A stretch of 64,000 nucleotides of DNA from an uncultured Bdellovibrionales bacterium (GCA_964468125.1 CAYXVF010000004.1:26605-90604); one strand, 5' to 3'. Shown: positions 33,923 through 44,156, counted from the first letter of the stretch. Notes: a model not told the origin generated them from the letters alone. Numbers and translations: made by a program.

Positions 33923-34276
33923 ATGGGACACGGTAAAGACGAAATCGCACACGTCATGTCGCCCGCGATGCTGATCGGGGTGTTCGTCGCGTTGATCGCG
34001 CTGACGGCCCTGACCGTCGGAGTCACTGCGGTCGACTTTGGAGCGAGCATGAACCTTGTGATCGCGATGGCGATCGCCACGGTCAAAGCGGCTCTGGTCG
34101 CCGCCTTCTTCATGCACCTGCTCTACGACAACAAACTCAACCTGCTCATTTTCTTGGGCAGCTTCGCGTTCCTGTTCCTGTTCGTCACCTTCACCCTGAT
34201 GGACAGCACGCAGACCCAACGGGACATCGAAGCCCGCATCGCCGCGGAAGAGGCCGCAGCGGCGGAGCAAGGCTAG
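33923..34276 (+). CDS. caa3-type cytochrome oxidase subunit IV (small membrane subunit).
   Basis: 117-aa protein with three TM helices immediately after coxC, as in caa3 operons. Confidence 0.65.
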   Translation: MGHGKDEIAHVMSPAMLIGVFVALIALTALTVGVTAVDFGASMNLVIAMAIATVKAALVAAFFMHLLYDNKLNLLIFLGSFAFLFLFVTFTLMDSTQTQRDIEARIAAEEAAAAEQG

Positions 34277-34289
34277 AGTCGCTTTCGCG

Positions 34290-34910
34290 ATGTCGGCCGA
34301 GCCCGAACGCCCACGCCTCGAGGTCGTCGATGGCGGTGCACACGAGAGCGCCTTCGAGCGGGAGGTGAGCGCAGGCCAGCTCGGTCTTTGGATCCTCCTC
34401 GCCTCGCTCGCCGTCCTCTTCGCCTCGACGGTCATCGGCTATCTCGTCGTTCGCTACCGAACCGAGGGCTGGGCGCAGGGTTTACCCGCCCTTCCCACCG
34501 GACTCTTGGTCAGCACGGGGATTATCGTCGCCACCAGCGCCACGCTCTGGCTCGCGGTCCGCGCGGCGCGCGCGGGTGACCGACCGCGCCTCGTGCAGAT
34601 GCTGTGGGCGTCCATGGGACTCGCCCTCACCTTCTTGGTCGCGCAGGCGATCAACTGGCTCGAAATGGTGGGGGCGGACATGCCGCCGGACGTCGCGAAC
34701 CTCTACGCCTTCACCTTCTATCTTCTCACCGGAACCCACGCGGCCCACGTCTTAGGCGGGCTCGTGCCGCTCGCCATTACCCTGCGCAACGCAACGCGCG
34801 GCCGCTACGATGAAAAACACCACGAGGGTGTGAGTCTCACGGCGCAATACTGGCACTTCCTGGACGTCGTGTGGCTCGTCCTCTTGGGCGTGATGTACGG
34901 CACGACCTGA
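34290..34910 (+). CDS. Additional cytochrome oxidase subunit III-like membrane protein.
   Basis: C-terminus QYWHFLDVVWLVLLGVMY mirrors the subunit III signature. Four or five TM helices. Confidence 0.6.
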   Translation: MSAEPERPRLEVVDGGAHESAFEREVSAGQLGLWILLASLAVLFASTVIGYLVVRYRTEGWAQGLPALPTGLLVSTGIIVATSATLWLAVRAARAGDRPRLVQMLWASMGLALTFLVAQAINWLEMVGADMPPDVANLYAFTFYLLTGTHAAHVLGGLVPLAITLRNATRGRYDEKHHEGVSLTAQYWHFLDVVWLVLLGVMYGTT

Positions 34911-35315
34911 GTTCTTGCCTGTCATGGGAAAGACCTAGCCCGGGCCTTAGACCTGGTGCTAGCCCGTGCTTTGGTGCTAGCCCCGACAACCGCCATGCTG
35001 AACACGTCTTCCCAGAAGAAGGGCTTACCGAACAGATAAACGCCGAAAACGACCTTCTCCCAGATCGTGTTCAAGCCGCTCATCGTTTATTTGATCATGA
35101 TCACGGGATCGATCGAGGCGGTCGCGGCAGTGTACAGCTCGCCTGTCACCAGGTAGGCCAACACCAGACCTAGACTCACCAAGAAGACGAGAAACTGTAC
35201 CGGCGCGAGAATGCCTTGAACGAGGGTCCAGCGGGTTTCATCGCGCTTTCGCCGTTGCTCGGCGGTGTGTAGAAGAGCACCTATCTGTACTTAGAAAAGG
35301 CTCCAGGGGAGAAAG

Positions 35316-35333
35316 TGTCAAGTACAATTGACG
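35316..35333. promoter_or_regulatory. Candidate PpsR/CrtJ-type operator TGTCAAGTACAATTGACG upstream of the aerR-like gene. A second palindrome TACACTAGGGAGTGTA lies at 35346-35361.
   Basis: Matches TGTc-N10-gAC(G) in an AT-richer promoter region. The same TGTCAA half-site recurs at 60767 and 59323. Confidence 0.45.
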
Positions 35334-35495
35334 TCTGGACTTCTTTACACTAGGGAGTGTAGGTGTAGAAAGGGAGAGGAAAGGCGCTTAGGAATCAACT
35401 TGAGGCTCTCGACGACACGTGATTGGGTTGACCCGCTTTCAACTGCGCGCAGCGGACGCAGTAGGGGCCGAAGCGCACGCAATACGGGGGACAAT

Positions 35496-36329
35496 ATGTC
35501 GTCGAGCAGCACGGGCTCGGAGGAGCGCGAACGCCAACGTCAGGAGCTCACGCGCACGATCCAGGCGGAAATCATTCCGAGACTCATGCTCGCCCACCGG
35601 GTCGAGCCACCGCCGCGAGTCGTTCCCCGCAATGAAGTCGCCCCGAGCGACCACTTGGACGTAGATGCGTTTGCAAAGCGCCTACGTGAGCCATCCCTCG
35701 CCGGGGCGCTCGCGCAGGTCGCCGAGCTGCGAGCAAATGGACTGGACTTGGAGTCCCTCTTTCTCGACCTCCTGGCTCCCGCCGCCCACCTCTTGGGTGC
35801 GCAGTGGGAGCTCGACGAGGCCAGCTTCACCGACGTGACGGTGGGGCTCACGCACCTGCAGCACGTGGTGCGCGAGCTGGCCCCCGCATTCGAGCTCGAA
35901 GGTCATTTCCCCGGCATCGGCCACCGCGCGGTCTTAGCCCCCGCGCCGGGCGATCAGCACGTATTTGGACTCATCCTCCTCGAGGAATTCTTCCGTCGAG
36001 CGGGTTGGGACGTGCTGGGCGCCGCGGCCTCCGAGGAAGTCGATCTCGTCGAGCTCGTCCGCGAGGACTACGTCGCATTGGTAGGTTTCAGTGTCGCCGA
36101 TCCACGATCGATTCCCGCCCTCGGAACCCTCATCGGGGAGCTGCGGGCAAAATCGGTCAACCGAGATCTGCTCGTAATGGTCGGCGGACACTGTGTGTTG
36201 GAGGACCCTACTCTCGTCGAAACTCTGGGTGCGGACGAAACCGGACGCACCGCTTTGGACGCAGTGAACAATGCGAACCGGCGCCTCGCCGAAATCGCAT
36301 TGATGGCCACTGCGTCGAGTGAGGTCTGA
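35496..36329 (+). CDS. aerR: Cobalamin (B12)-binding domain protein without a DNA-binding domain, AerR/PpaA-like putative antirepressor of PpsR.
   Basis: B12-binding helical N-domain, then a Rossmann-like domain with the DxHxxG motif (GDQHVFGL) and ...LVGFS...MVGG. Sits immediately upstream of ppsR as in purple bacteria. ATG at 35496 is downstream of the track start at 35328. Confidence 0.65.
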   Translation: MSSSSTGSEERERQRQELTRTIQAEIIPRLMLAHRVEPPPRVVPRNEVAPSDHLDVDAFAKRLREPSLAGALAQVAELRANGLDLESLFLDLLAPAAHLLGAQWELDEASFTDVTVGLTHLQHVVRELAPAFELEGHFPGIGHRAVLAPAPGDQHVFGLILLEEFFRRAGWDVLGAAASEEVDLVELVREDYVALVGFSVADPRSIPALGTLIGELRAKSVNRDLLVMVGGHCVLEDPTLVETLGADETGRTALDAVNNANRRLAEIALMATASSEV

Positions 36330-37746
36330 CGCCGTGCACGGAATGCTCTCCGAAGAGTCCTTGGGAGCCCTCGACCTCAAGGTCGTCGCGGAGGTCATTT
36401 CTGCGTCCACCGACATCGCTTTGATCCTAGAGCCGGACGGCGTCATTCACGACGTCTCGATCCATCCGTCACACCGGAACGATCCCCGCTTTCGAGGGTG
36501 GGTGGGGCAGCCGTGGATCGAAACCGTCGCGAACGACAGTCGCCCGAAGGTGGAAGCGCTTCTCAGGGAGGTAAAAGACGACGAGCACGTCCGCTCCCGG
36601 GAGATCAATCACCGCTACGAGGGGCTGGATGATTTCCCTGTCCGCTATTCAGCGATGGCCCTCGGCAAGGATGGGCAAATCCTAGCGATCGGCCGCGAGC
36701 TCGGCACCGTTGCGAACCTTCAGCAGCAGCTCCTGAACGCCCAGCAAGCGATGGAGCGCGAGTATGCGCGCCTTCGCAGCGCCGAGACGCGCTACCGTTT
36801 GCTCTTCCAGATCTCTTCGGAGGCGGTGCTGATCGTCGATGCCTCCAACCTCCGGATCGCCGAGGCGAATCCCGCCGCGCTCGAGCTCGCTACACGAGGC
36901 CGGGAGCGCGTCGACGGCCGCGCCCTTTCCCAGGTGTTCGACGCGAGCAGTGTGGAGCTCGTCACCGAGCTCTTGAAGAGCACGCGGACGAGCCGCACCG
37001 GGAGCGCGCCGGAGCTCACCGCGCGCCTCGCCCGCGACCTGGAAGAGGTCTCGGTTTCAGCGACCGTCTTTCGACAGGGCGCGAGCGCCTATTACCTGCT
37101 GCGGCTCGCGCCGCTGAAGGTCGGAATCGAGCCCTCGGCGACGGAAGAAGAATCGCGCCTCTTGGAGGTCCTCGAGAGCCTTCCGGACTCCTTCGTCGTG
37201 ATCAACGACGAGCGTCGCATCATGAGTGCCAATGCGGCCTTCTTCAATCTCGTTCAGGTCGCCACCGAATCGCAGGTGCTCGACCAGCCGCTCGACCGCT
37301 GGGTGGGAAGGCCTGGCGTGGACCTGAACATCATGCTCGCCAACCTGCGCGATCACGGATCGATCCGAAACTTCGCTACGGTGGTTCAGGGTGAGCTCGG
37401 GGTGACGGAGCAAGTCGAGATTTCCGCTGTCGCGGCCAAGAACGGCGAGGAGCCCTGCTACGGCTTCATCGTCCGCACGGTGCAGGGGACCGCCGCTCTC
37501 GATCCCGCGACGAGCGACTTGCCGCAATCGGTGCAGCAGCTCACCGGGTTGGTCGGCCGCGTGTCGCTCAAGGAAATCGTTCGTGAGACGACGGACGTGA
37601 TCGAACGGCTCTGCATTGAAGCCGCCCTGGAGGTCAGCGGCGGCAACCGTGCCTCCGCGGCGCAAATTCTGGGCTTGAGCCGCCAGAGCCTCTACTCGAA
37701 GCTGCACCGCCATTCATTGTCGGGCCCAACCGAGGAAGACGCGTGA
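36319..37746 (+). CDS. ppsR: PpsR/CrtJ-family photosynthesis transcriptional repressor (multiple PAS domains plus a C-terminal Fis-type HTH).
   Basis: PAS-like repeats and C-terminal HTH ALEVSGGNRASAAQILGLSRQSLYSKL. 475 aa, within the typical PpsR length range. Gene order aerR-ppsR-bchG. Confidence 0.75.
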   Translation: MRSDAVHGMLSEESLGALDLKVVAEVISASTDIALILEPDGVIHDVSIHPSHRNDPRFRGWVGQPWIETVANDSRPKVEALLREVKDDEHVRSREINHRYEGLDDFPVRYSAMALGKDGQILAIGRELGTVANLQQQLLNAQQAMEREYARLRSAETRYRLLFQISSEAVLIVDASNLRIAEANPAALELATRGRERVDGRALSQVFDASSVELVTELLKSTRTSRTGSAPELTARLARDLEEVSVSATVFRQGASAYYLLRLAPLKVGIEPSATEEESRLLEVLESLPDSFVVINDERRIMSANAAFFNLVQVATESQVLDQPLDRWVGRPGVDLNIMLANLRDHGSIRNFATVVQGELGVTEQVEISAVAAKNGEEPCYGFIVRTVQGTAALDPATSDLPQSVQQLTGLVGRVSLKEIVRETTDVIERLCIEAALEVSGGNRASAAQILGLSRQSLYSKLHRHSLSGPTEEDA

Positions 37747-38657
37747 TGGTCGCAGTCGAAGCCCATGCGCGGCCGCAGCGCTCGCTCCCCGAGCCCACAG
37801 CACTGCTCCAGCTCCTCAAGCCAGTCACCTGGTTCCCGCCGATGTGGGCCCTTGCCTGCGGGTTCGTTTCCGCCGGCGGGCCTCTCCTGTCACGCTGGCC
37901 CTTCGTGGTCGGCGCCGTGCTCCTCGCCGGTCCGTTCATGTGCGGCACGAGTCAGGTGGTCAATGACTGGTTTGACCGACACGTCGACGCCATCAACGAG
38001 CCGCACCGCCCGATTCCCTCGGGTCGCGTCCCGGGTCGCTGGGGCCTCTACTTCGCGATCGTCTGGTCCGCGGTATCGCTCGTCGTGGCGTTCCTTCTCG
38101 GGACTTGGATCTTCATCGCGTCGAGCGTGGGAATGGTGCTCGCCTGGATGTACAGCGCCCCCCCCTTCCGCCTGAAGCAAAACGGCTGGCTCGGCGCGAC
38201 CGCCGTCGGCTTTTCCTACGAGAGCCTGCCCTGGTTCACCGGCGCGGCGGCCCTGACCGTGAGCTTCCCGGACTGGAAGATCCTGCTGCTCGCCCTCGCC
38301 TACGGCGTCGGCGCCTTCGGCATTCTGGTGACGAATGACTTCAAGGCCCTCGAGGGAGACCGAAAGCTCGGTGTGAGTTCCGTACCGGTGCTTCTCGGGG
38401 TCAAACCCGCTGCGTGGCTCGCGGTGCTGGTGATGATCCTGCCGCAATTCGTGGTCGTAGGGTCGCTCCTCGCCTGGGGCCGGCCGATCCACGCGGCGAT
38501 CATCGGTGTCTTCATCGCCATTCAGATCGGACTGGCGTCTGCTTTCGTCAAAGATCCTAGAGGAAAGGACGTGTGGTTCAACGCGACCGGCATTCCGCTC
38601 TCCGTGCTCGGAATGATGGTCGCGGCTCTCGCTGTGCGAACCCTGGGGGGGGTTTGA
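37743..38657 (+). CDS. bchG: Bacteriochlorophyll synthase (UbiA-family prenyltransferase).
   Basis: Signature NDWFDRHVDAINEPHRPIPSGRV and a polytopic membrane topology. Overlaps the ppsR stop. Confidence 0.85.
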   Translation: MMVAVEAHARPQRSLPEPTALLQLLKPVTWFPPMWALACGFVSAGGPLLSRWPFVVGAVLLAGPFMCGTSQVVNDWFDRHVDAINEPHRPIPSGRVPGRWGLYFAIVWSAVSLVVAFLLGTWIFIASSVGMVLAWMYSAPPFRLKQNGWLGATAVGFSYESLPWFTGAAALTVSFPDWKILLLALAYGVGAFGILVTNDFKALEGDRKLGVSSVPVLLGVKPAAWLAVLVMILPQFVVVGSLLAWGRPIHAAIIGVFIAIQIGLASAFVKDPRGKDVWFNATGIPLSVLGMMVAALAVRTLGGV

Positions 38658-38658
38658 G

Positions 38659-40011
38659 ATGAGTGGGTTACGTGAGTGGATTTTGATCCTGAGGCTGGGG
38701 CTCGTTCAGACCGCCCTCGGCGGCATCGTCGTCCTCTGCCTCTCCGTTTTTAATCGAGTGATGACCGTCGAGCTCGCGCTCGCAGCGACGATTCCGGGCG
38801 CCCTGGTGACGATTCACCACGTGGTGCAGCTCAGTCGACCGCGCTGGGGCTACGGCGCAGACGTCGGTGGGCGGCGGACGCCGTGGATCATCGGCGGCAT
38901 GGCGGTGCTGGCGTTAGGGAGTGTGGTGGCCGCGGCTGCGACCGCGCTCTCGGCGGGAAATCTCACCTTGGGCCTGGTGATCGGAGTCGTCGGCTACCTG
39001 TTGATCGGGGTCGGGGTAGGCGCCGCGGGGACAAACCTCCTCGCGCTCCTCGCCTGGGGCGTGAGCCCAAACCGTCGGGCGGCGGCCGCCGCCACTGTCT
39101 GGCTGATGATGATCGTCGGGTTCATCCTAACGACAGCGATTACCGGTGCACTCCTCGATCCCTTCTCGCTCGGTCGCTTGATCAGCATTACGAGCGGTGT
39201 CGCGGGACTGAGCTTCGTGCTCTCGCTCGTCGCCATTCTCGGGGTCGAACGCGCCTTCTCACGGGCTCGCGGCGCCGAGAAGACGGCCGAGGAGAACAAG
39301 CCCGCCTTCAAAGAGGTCTTCGTGGAGATCTGGGCCGACCCGAAGGCGCGCGCATTCACGATCTTCGTCGCCGTCGCGATGCTCGCCTACGGCATGCAGG
39401 ACCTCATTCTCGAGCCCTTCGCGGGTAAAATCTTTGGCCTCAGCCCCGGTGAGTCGACCCAGCTTTCGAGCAGCCAGTACCAAGGAGCCTTCTTCGGGAT
39501 GATCCTCGCCGGCGCCCTCGCCGGCCGACGCGGCGACCGATTTGGCTCGATCCGCGCCTGGACGTTCGGCGGTTGCGCATTCTCCGGCATCGCACTGATC
39601 GGACTCGCGATGGCGAGCTTCTTTCCGCAGTGGCCACTGCGCGAGAACGTTCTCGCCCTCGGGTTCTTCAACGGCATCTTCGCGATCGCCGCGATCAGCT
39701 GGATGATGACCCTCGCAGGCGGTGGCAAGACCCCGCGCGAGGGCAGTCGCATGGGCCTTTGGGGCGCGGCGCAGGCCGTGGGGACCTCCCTCGGAGCGTT
39801 CCTCGGGGCATCGAGCGTCGACGTCGTGGGACTCGCGACGAGCGCGGATCCAGCGACACCCTTCGTAACGGTCTTTGGTCTAGAAGGCGTCATCTTCATT
39901 GCGGCGGGTTTCTATGCCCTCCGCATGGAGCGCACGTCACACATTCAAAACAACGAGCTGGGGGCGACGAACGCATTGACGCTCGCCGCAGCGGGAGGGG
40001 GTGAACCATGA
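38659..40011 (+). CDS. PucC/LhaA-family (BCD) MFS membrane protein, the orf428 equivalent between bchG and bchP.
   Basis: 450-aa 12-TM MFS-like protein located between bchG and bchP, as in Rhodobacter. Confidence 0.7.
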   Translation: MSGLREWILILRLGLVQTALGGIVVLCLSVFNRVMTVELALAATIPGALVTIHHVVQLSRPRWGYGADVGGRRTPWIIGGMAVLALGSVVAAAATALSAGNLTLGLVIGVVGYLLIGVGVGAAGTNLLALLAWGVSPNRRAAAAATVWLMMIVGFILTTAITGALLDPFSLGRLISITSGVAGLSFVLSLVAILGVERAFSRARGAEKTAEENKPAFKEVFVEIWADPKARAFTIFVAVAMLAYGMQDLILEPFAGKIFGLSPGESTQLSSSQYQGAFFGMILAGALAGRRGDRFGSIRAWTFGGCAFSGIALIGLAMASFFPQWPLRENVLALGFFNGIFAIAAISWMMTLAGGGKTPREGSRMGLWGAAQAVGTSLGAFLGASSVDVVGLATSADPATPFVTVFGLEGVIFIAAGFYALRMERTSHIQNNELGATNALTLAAAGGGEP

Positions 40012-41192
40012 GTCGCGAACAATTCGACGTCGTCGTCGTAGGGGGAGGACCGGCGGGCGCCACCGCCGCTCACGAGCTGGCCGAAAAGGGCCGGAGTGTG
40101 CTGCTGCTCGATAAACCGGGCCGCATCAAGCCCTGCGGAGGGGCGATTCCCCCACGGCTGATCCGCGACTACGAGATCCCTCAGAAGCTTCTGTGCGCGC
40201 GCATCAGCTCCGCACGGATGGTCTCGCCCACAGACCGCACGGTCGACATGCCGATCAATGGCGGCTACGTCGGCATGGTGAACCGCGAGGTCTTCGACGA
40301 GTTTCTGCGGGTCCGCGCCGCGGAAGTCGGCGCCGATCGACGGGACGGCAAATACCTGCACACCGAGCGAGATGCGGATGGGACCGCGGTCGTCGTGTAC
40401 CGGCCAGAGGGAGCGAGCAGCGAGGTCAAGATTCGCACGCGTCTCATCATCGGTGCAGACGGCGCAAAATCGCAGGTCGCCAAACAACTCGTTGGCGGAC
40501 CACCGGTGCCCTGCGTCTCCGCCTATCACGAGATCGTCGAGGCGCCGGAAAACCTCTCGGACCTCTACGATCCGAGCCGCTGCGACGTGATCTACAAGGG
40601 CGCGATCAGCCCGGACTTCTACGGTTGGGTCTTCCCGCATGGAGGGACCGCGAGCATCGGGACCGGAACGGCGGTGAAGGGCTGGTCGATCAAGGGAGCC
40701 ACGCGCGATCTTCGCGCCGCGGCCGGACTGAGCGACGCCAAGACGATTCGAGTGGAAGGCGCGCCGATCCCGATGAAGCCGCGCAAGCGCTGGGACAATG
40801 GGCGTGACGTGATCCTGTGCGGAGACGCGGCCGGCACGGTTGCACCGGCTTCAGGCGAAGGCATCTACTATGCGATGTACGGCGGCAGCTGTGCCGCGGA
40901 AGCGGGACACGCCTTTCTCAACTGTGACAACCCAGTGGCACTTAAACATGCCCGTAAGAAGTTCATGAAGCACCACGGGCGCGTGTTTTGGGTCCTTGGG
41001 ATCCTTCAGCGCTTCTGGTACAGCTCGGACAAGCGGCGCGAACGCTTCGTGAGCATCTGCCGCGATGAGGACGTACAGGACCTCACTTGGCAGGCATACA
41101 TGAACAAGGAGCTCGTCCGCGCCAAGCCGGCGGCGCACATGCGGATCTTCTTCAAGGACATTGCGCACCTCATGGGGCTCGTTTCGCCCTAG
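40008..41192 (+). CDS. bchP: Geranylgeranyl-bacteriochlorophyllide / GGPP reductase.
   Basis: FAD-binding N-terminus FDVVVVGGGPAGATAAHELAEKG and the conserved LIGADGAKSQVAK, GDAAGTVAPASGEGIYYAM. Confidence 0.9.
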   Translation: MSREQFDVVVVGGGPAGATAAHELAEKGRSVLLLDKPGRIKPCGGAIPPRLIRDYEIPQKLLCARISSARMVSPTDRTVDMPINGGYVGMVNREVFDEFLRVRAAEVGADRRDGKYLHTERDADGTAVVVYRPEGASSEVKIRTRLIIGADGAKSQVAKQLVGGPPVPCVSAYHEIVEAPENLSDLYDPSRCDVIYKGAISPDFYGWVFPHGGTASIGTGTAVKGWSIKGATRDLRAAAGLSDAKTIRVEGAPIPMKPRKRWDNGRDVILCGDAAGTVAPASGEGIYYAMYGGSCAAEAGHAFLNCDNPVALKHARKKFMKHHGRVFWVLGILQRFWYSSDKRRERFVSICRDEDVQDLTWQAYMNKELVRAKPAAHMRIFFKDIAHLMGLVSP

Positions 41193-41198
41193 GCTGCG

Positions 41199-41465
41199 GT
41201 GACCGAGTGGATCGAGAGCGGTGACTACCTCTGGTTTATTCTCGGGGTCGTCGTGGTCGAGGCGCTCGCGCTCAGCGTGGCGTCACGCCGAGTCTCGGGC
41301 TCCCTGACTGTCGTCGACGTCATCTTCCAACTCGCGGCGGGTGCGTTGCTGCTTCTCGCGGTTCGTAGCGCACTCATCGATGAGCCCTGGGCGGCCCTCG
41401 CCTTCGTCACCGCGTCGCTGCCCGCACACCTGGCGGATCTCTACCGCAGGTGGTCACAGGCGTAG
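41199..41465 (+). CDS. Small two-TM membrane protein downstream of bchP (hypothetical).
   Basis: 7-nt gap after bchP, so likely co-transcribed. Two hydrophobic helices. Confidence 0.4.
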   Translation: MTEWIESGDYLWFILGVVVVEALALSVASRRVSGSLTVVDVIFQLAAGALLLLAVRSALIDEPWAALAFVTASLPAHLADLYRRWSQA

Positions 41466-41469
41466 CGGC

Positions 41470-42249
41470 TCAGGGTTTCGCGAACAGCTCCGGGTCGAAG
41501 CCGTTGTTGAACTTCAGGTCCTTCATGGTCTCGAGCGTCCATTTGGCTTCGCTCGCGACGTTTCCCTCCCAATCGGAGGCGGTGTACTTGCGCTGAGTGG
41601 GGAGCTTTACGCCGTCTAAGTCTTCGTACTCGACGGTCATGAGCAGCGGCTCGCTGCGACCGAAGGCCATGACCGTGAACAAGAACCGATCAACGAGCTT
41701 GGTTTCGGGGTGAATGTAGAGGACATAGGCGTCCTTCGCGTCCCCGACTCCGTCTTTGAAGCCGATCGTCACGACCTCGTAGTCGACTCCATCGACTGAG
41801 CGCGTTCCTTCGTATCGGTAGGTGACCCCGGGATCCGCGAGCTTTTGCATCATCGCGAACCAGTAGAAGTTCGTCTTGCGGCTGAATCGTGCCCGGCTCA
41901 GCAGCGCCTCATCGTCACGAGGGCTGCCGTCGACGGTGACCCAAGCGGAGCGTCCGTCGAAGCCCTGGATCAAAACGCCTTCGAGGTCCGGCGAGGTCAC
42001 GCCTCGCTCGAGAAACTTCGCCCAGGACAGCTCGCCCGCGAAGCGATAGCGTTCGAGAGACACATCACGATCGCCACTCGCTCGCTCGTAGACATAGGTG
42101 TACTCGACATCTCGTTTCTCTCGCAGCTGCTCCATCGGTCCTACAGTCTCGATCATCTCCATGACGAGCGCCTTGCCTCGCACGCTCGTTGGCTCTGCGG
42201 CGACGAGCGTAGAAAGAGCGAGTCCACACGCGGAAATTGTGTTCATCAT
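41470..42249 (-). CDS. Secreted hypothetical protein with a signal peptide.
   Basis: N-terminal MMNTISACGLALSTLVAA leader. No recognisable catalytic motif. Confidence 0.5.
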   Translation of the reverse strand: MMNTISACGLALSTLVAAEPTSVRGKALVMEMIETVGPMEQLREKRDVEYTYVYERASGDRDVSLERYRFAGELSWAKFLERGVTSPDLEGVLIQGFDGRSAWVTVDGSPRDDEALLSRARFSRKTNFYWFAMMQKLADPGVTYRYEGTRSVDGVDYEVVTIGFKDGVGDAKDAYVLYIHPETKLVDRFLFTVMAFGRSEPLLMTVEYEDLDGVKLPTQRKYTASDWEGNVASEAKWTLETMKDLKFNNGFDPELFAKP

Positions 42250-42575
42250 CGAATCTCTCCTGTTGGGGAGCGAGGTACGCTCGCCGGTCGCGCCGTTACG
42301 CCTTTTTTGGGAACCGATGGGGAGACTGGGACGTGTAGCGTGTCGTTGTGGCTAGGAGACCGTCTCGAGAGCGCGCTCGCGGCGGAGCTCGGCGAGGAAA
42401 CCGCCGTGCTAGTCCGCCGGCACGACGACGGGTTCGGAGGGCGCGTGCGAAGCTCACACGGGTGCCCTGAGTAACACTCAGTCCTACATCCGTCGTAGGG
42501 ATTAACATTCGTAAAAGATGACGCGGTGTGCGTGATCTCACTTCGCGAAGCCGTGGCCTTGCGTTCATATAGACT

Positions 42576-43946
42576 TTGATGCCGGTCTCAACCGCCCAGC
42601 CGCGATGGTCGATCTACGCGCACGTCGAGCCGCGCCGTTCCCGGATCGATTGCGCCTGGAACGCCGTCAACATCAGCCGCAGCGGGGTCTTTGTGGCGGG
42701 CCAGCCACTGCTGAAGGCGGGCTCGAAGCTGGATGTGGTGCTCCATCTCCCTGGCGTCTACGGGCCGAGCATCGAGGTCAACGGTAGGGTCGAGGTGATA
42801 TGGAACCGGCCTCCCAAAGAAGCGACGCGCGATCGACCGGCTGGTATGGGCTGTCGTTTTCTTCAGCTCGAGCCGCGTAGTCGCCACGAGCTCGACTCGT
42901 TCATCGACGAGCTTCAGGACCATCGCCCTGCGGACTCCGGCGGATTTCGATCCGTTGCACCTGCAGTACCGCCACCGCCGGAAGCCGAGGATGACGTGAT
43001 CTCCCTCGAGGACATCGTCGATCGCCCCAAGACGCCGAGCATCATCGAGCCCTTCAGTGGCGAGCCCATGCCGCGTGCGGTAGTCCCGAAGACCTACGAC
43101 ACGCAGGAAAAGCTCGGTCACTATCGACTGTTGCGCACACTGGGAACGGGCGGCATGGGAGAGGTCTTCTTGGCCGAACACGAGCTCATCGGCCGCCGCG
43201 TGGCGATCAAGCGCCTGCACGACCAGTTCTCGCGCGATCCGCAAGCGGTTCGTCGGTTTTTCGATGAAGCGAAGCTGATCAATCAGATTTCGCACCCGAA
43301 CATCGTCGAGGTCACAGACCTCGTCTGCGACCAGCAAAACCTCTACTACGTGATGGAGCTCGTCGAAGGCACGACTCTCCTCGACGTGATCAAGCGCGAG
43401 AAGGGCCTGCCCCTCGAACGCGTTCTCAGAGTCGGCCTCCAGCTCGCCGACGCGCTCGACGCCGTGCACAACGCCGGGATCATTCATCGGGACCTAAAAC
43501 CTGACAACGTGCTCCTGACGCACCGGGCGGGTCGCAGTGACGTGGTCAAATTGTTGGACTTCGGGATTGCGAAGCTCCGCGTCGCTCACGAGCACGGCAG
43601 CCGCCACACGATGGTCGGGTTCGTCGTGGGCACGCCCGGCTACATGGCCCCGGAGCAGATCATGGGTGAGGCACTCGACCATCGAACGGACCTCTACGGG
43701 CTCGGGGTCCTGCTGCACGAAATGGTGGGCGGCAAGAGAGCGTTTTCGGGGAAGAGCTTCGGTGAGCTGATGCTGAAACAGTCCACGCAGGTCCCCGCAC
43801 CACCGAAACCACCTCGGGGCGCGGACATTCCGCTTGAGCTGAAGACGCTGATCGTGCAATGCCTCGAGCTCGCGCCCGCGGATCGTCCGCAGAGCGCCGC
43901 GGAAGTGCGCGATCGTTTGCGAACCGCCCTCGCCAACGCTGCCTGA
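42576..43946 (+). CDS. PilZ-domain / Ser-Thr protein kinase fusion.
   Basis: N-terminal PilZ-like region. Kinase subdomains GTGGMGEVF, VAIKRL, HRDLKPDNVLL, DFGIAK, GTPGYMAPE. Confidence 0.8.
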   Translation: MMPVSTAQPRWSIYAHVEPRRSRIDCAWNAVNISRSGVFVAGQPLLKAGSKLDVVLHLPGVYGPSIEVNGRVEVIWNRPPKEATRDRPAGMGCRFLQLEPRSRHELDSFIDELQDHRPADSGGFRSVAPAVPPPPEAEDDVISLEDIVDRPKTPSIIEPFSGEPMPRAVVPKTYDTQEKLGHYRLLRTLGTGGMGEVFLAEHELIGRRVAIKRLHDQFSRDPQAVRRFFDEAKLINQISHPNIVEVTDLVCDQQNLYYVMELVEGTTLLDVIKREKGLPLERVLRVGLQLADALDAVHNAGIIHRDLKPDNVLLTHRAGRSDVVKLLDFGIAKLRVAHEHGSRHTMVGFVVGTPGYMAPEQIMGEALDHRTDLYGLGVLLHEMVGGKRAFSGKSFGELMLKQSTQVPAPPKPPRGADIPLELKTLIVQCLELAPADRPQSAAEVRDRLRTALANAA

Positions 43947-44156
43947 GCCATCGCGCCCCAGGTTTTCCCGCGATTCTGGGCCAAAAAACTGGTGTTTGGG
44001 CGCGAAAATCGATGACAGTTCGAATCTGCGCGCCTCGATTAAACATCAAAGGGTTGCGTGTGTCTCGACGACTTTACTGGTATGTCGCTCGGGACGTTTT
44101 AGGCGCTTTGCCGGACTCATTCTGGCTAGGCGCATCATAGACAAGGGAGAAACATC

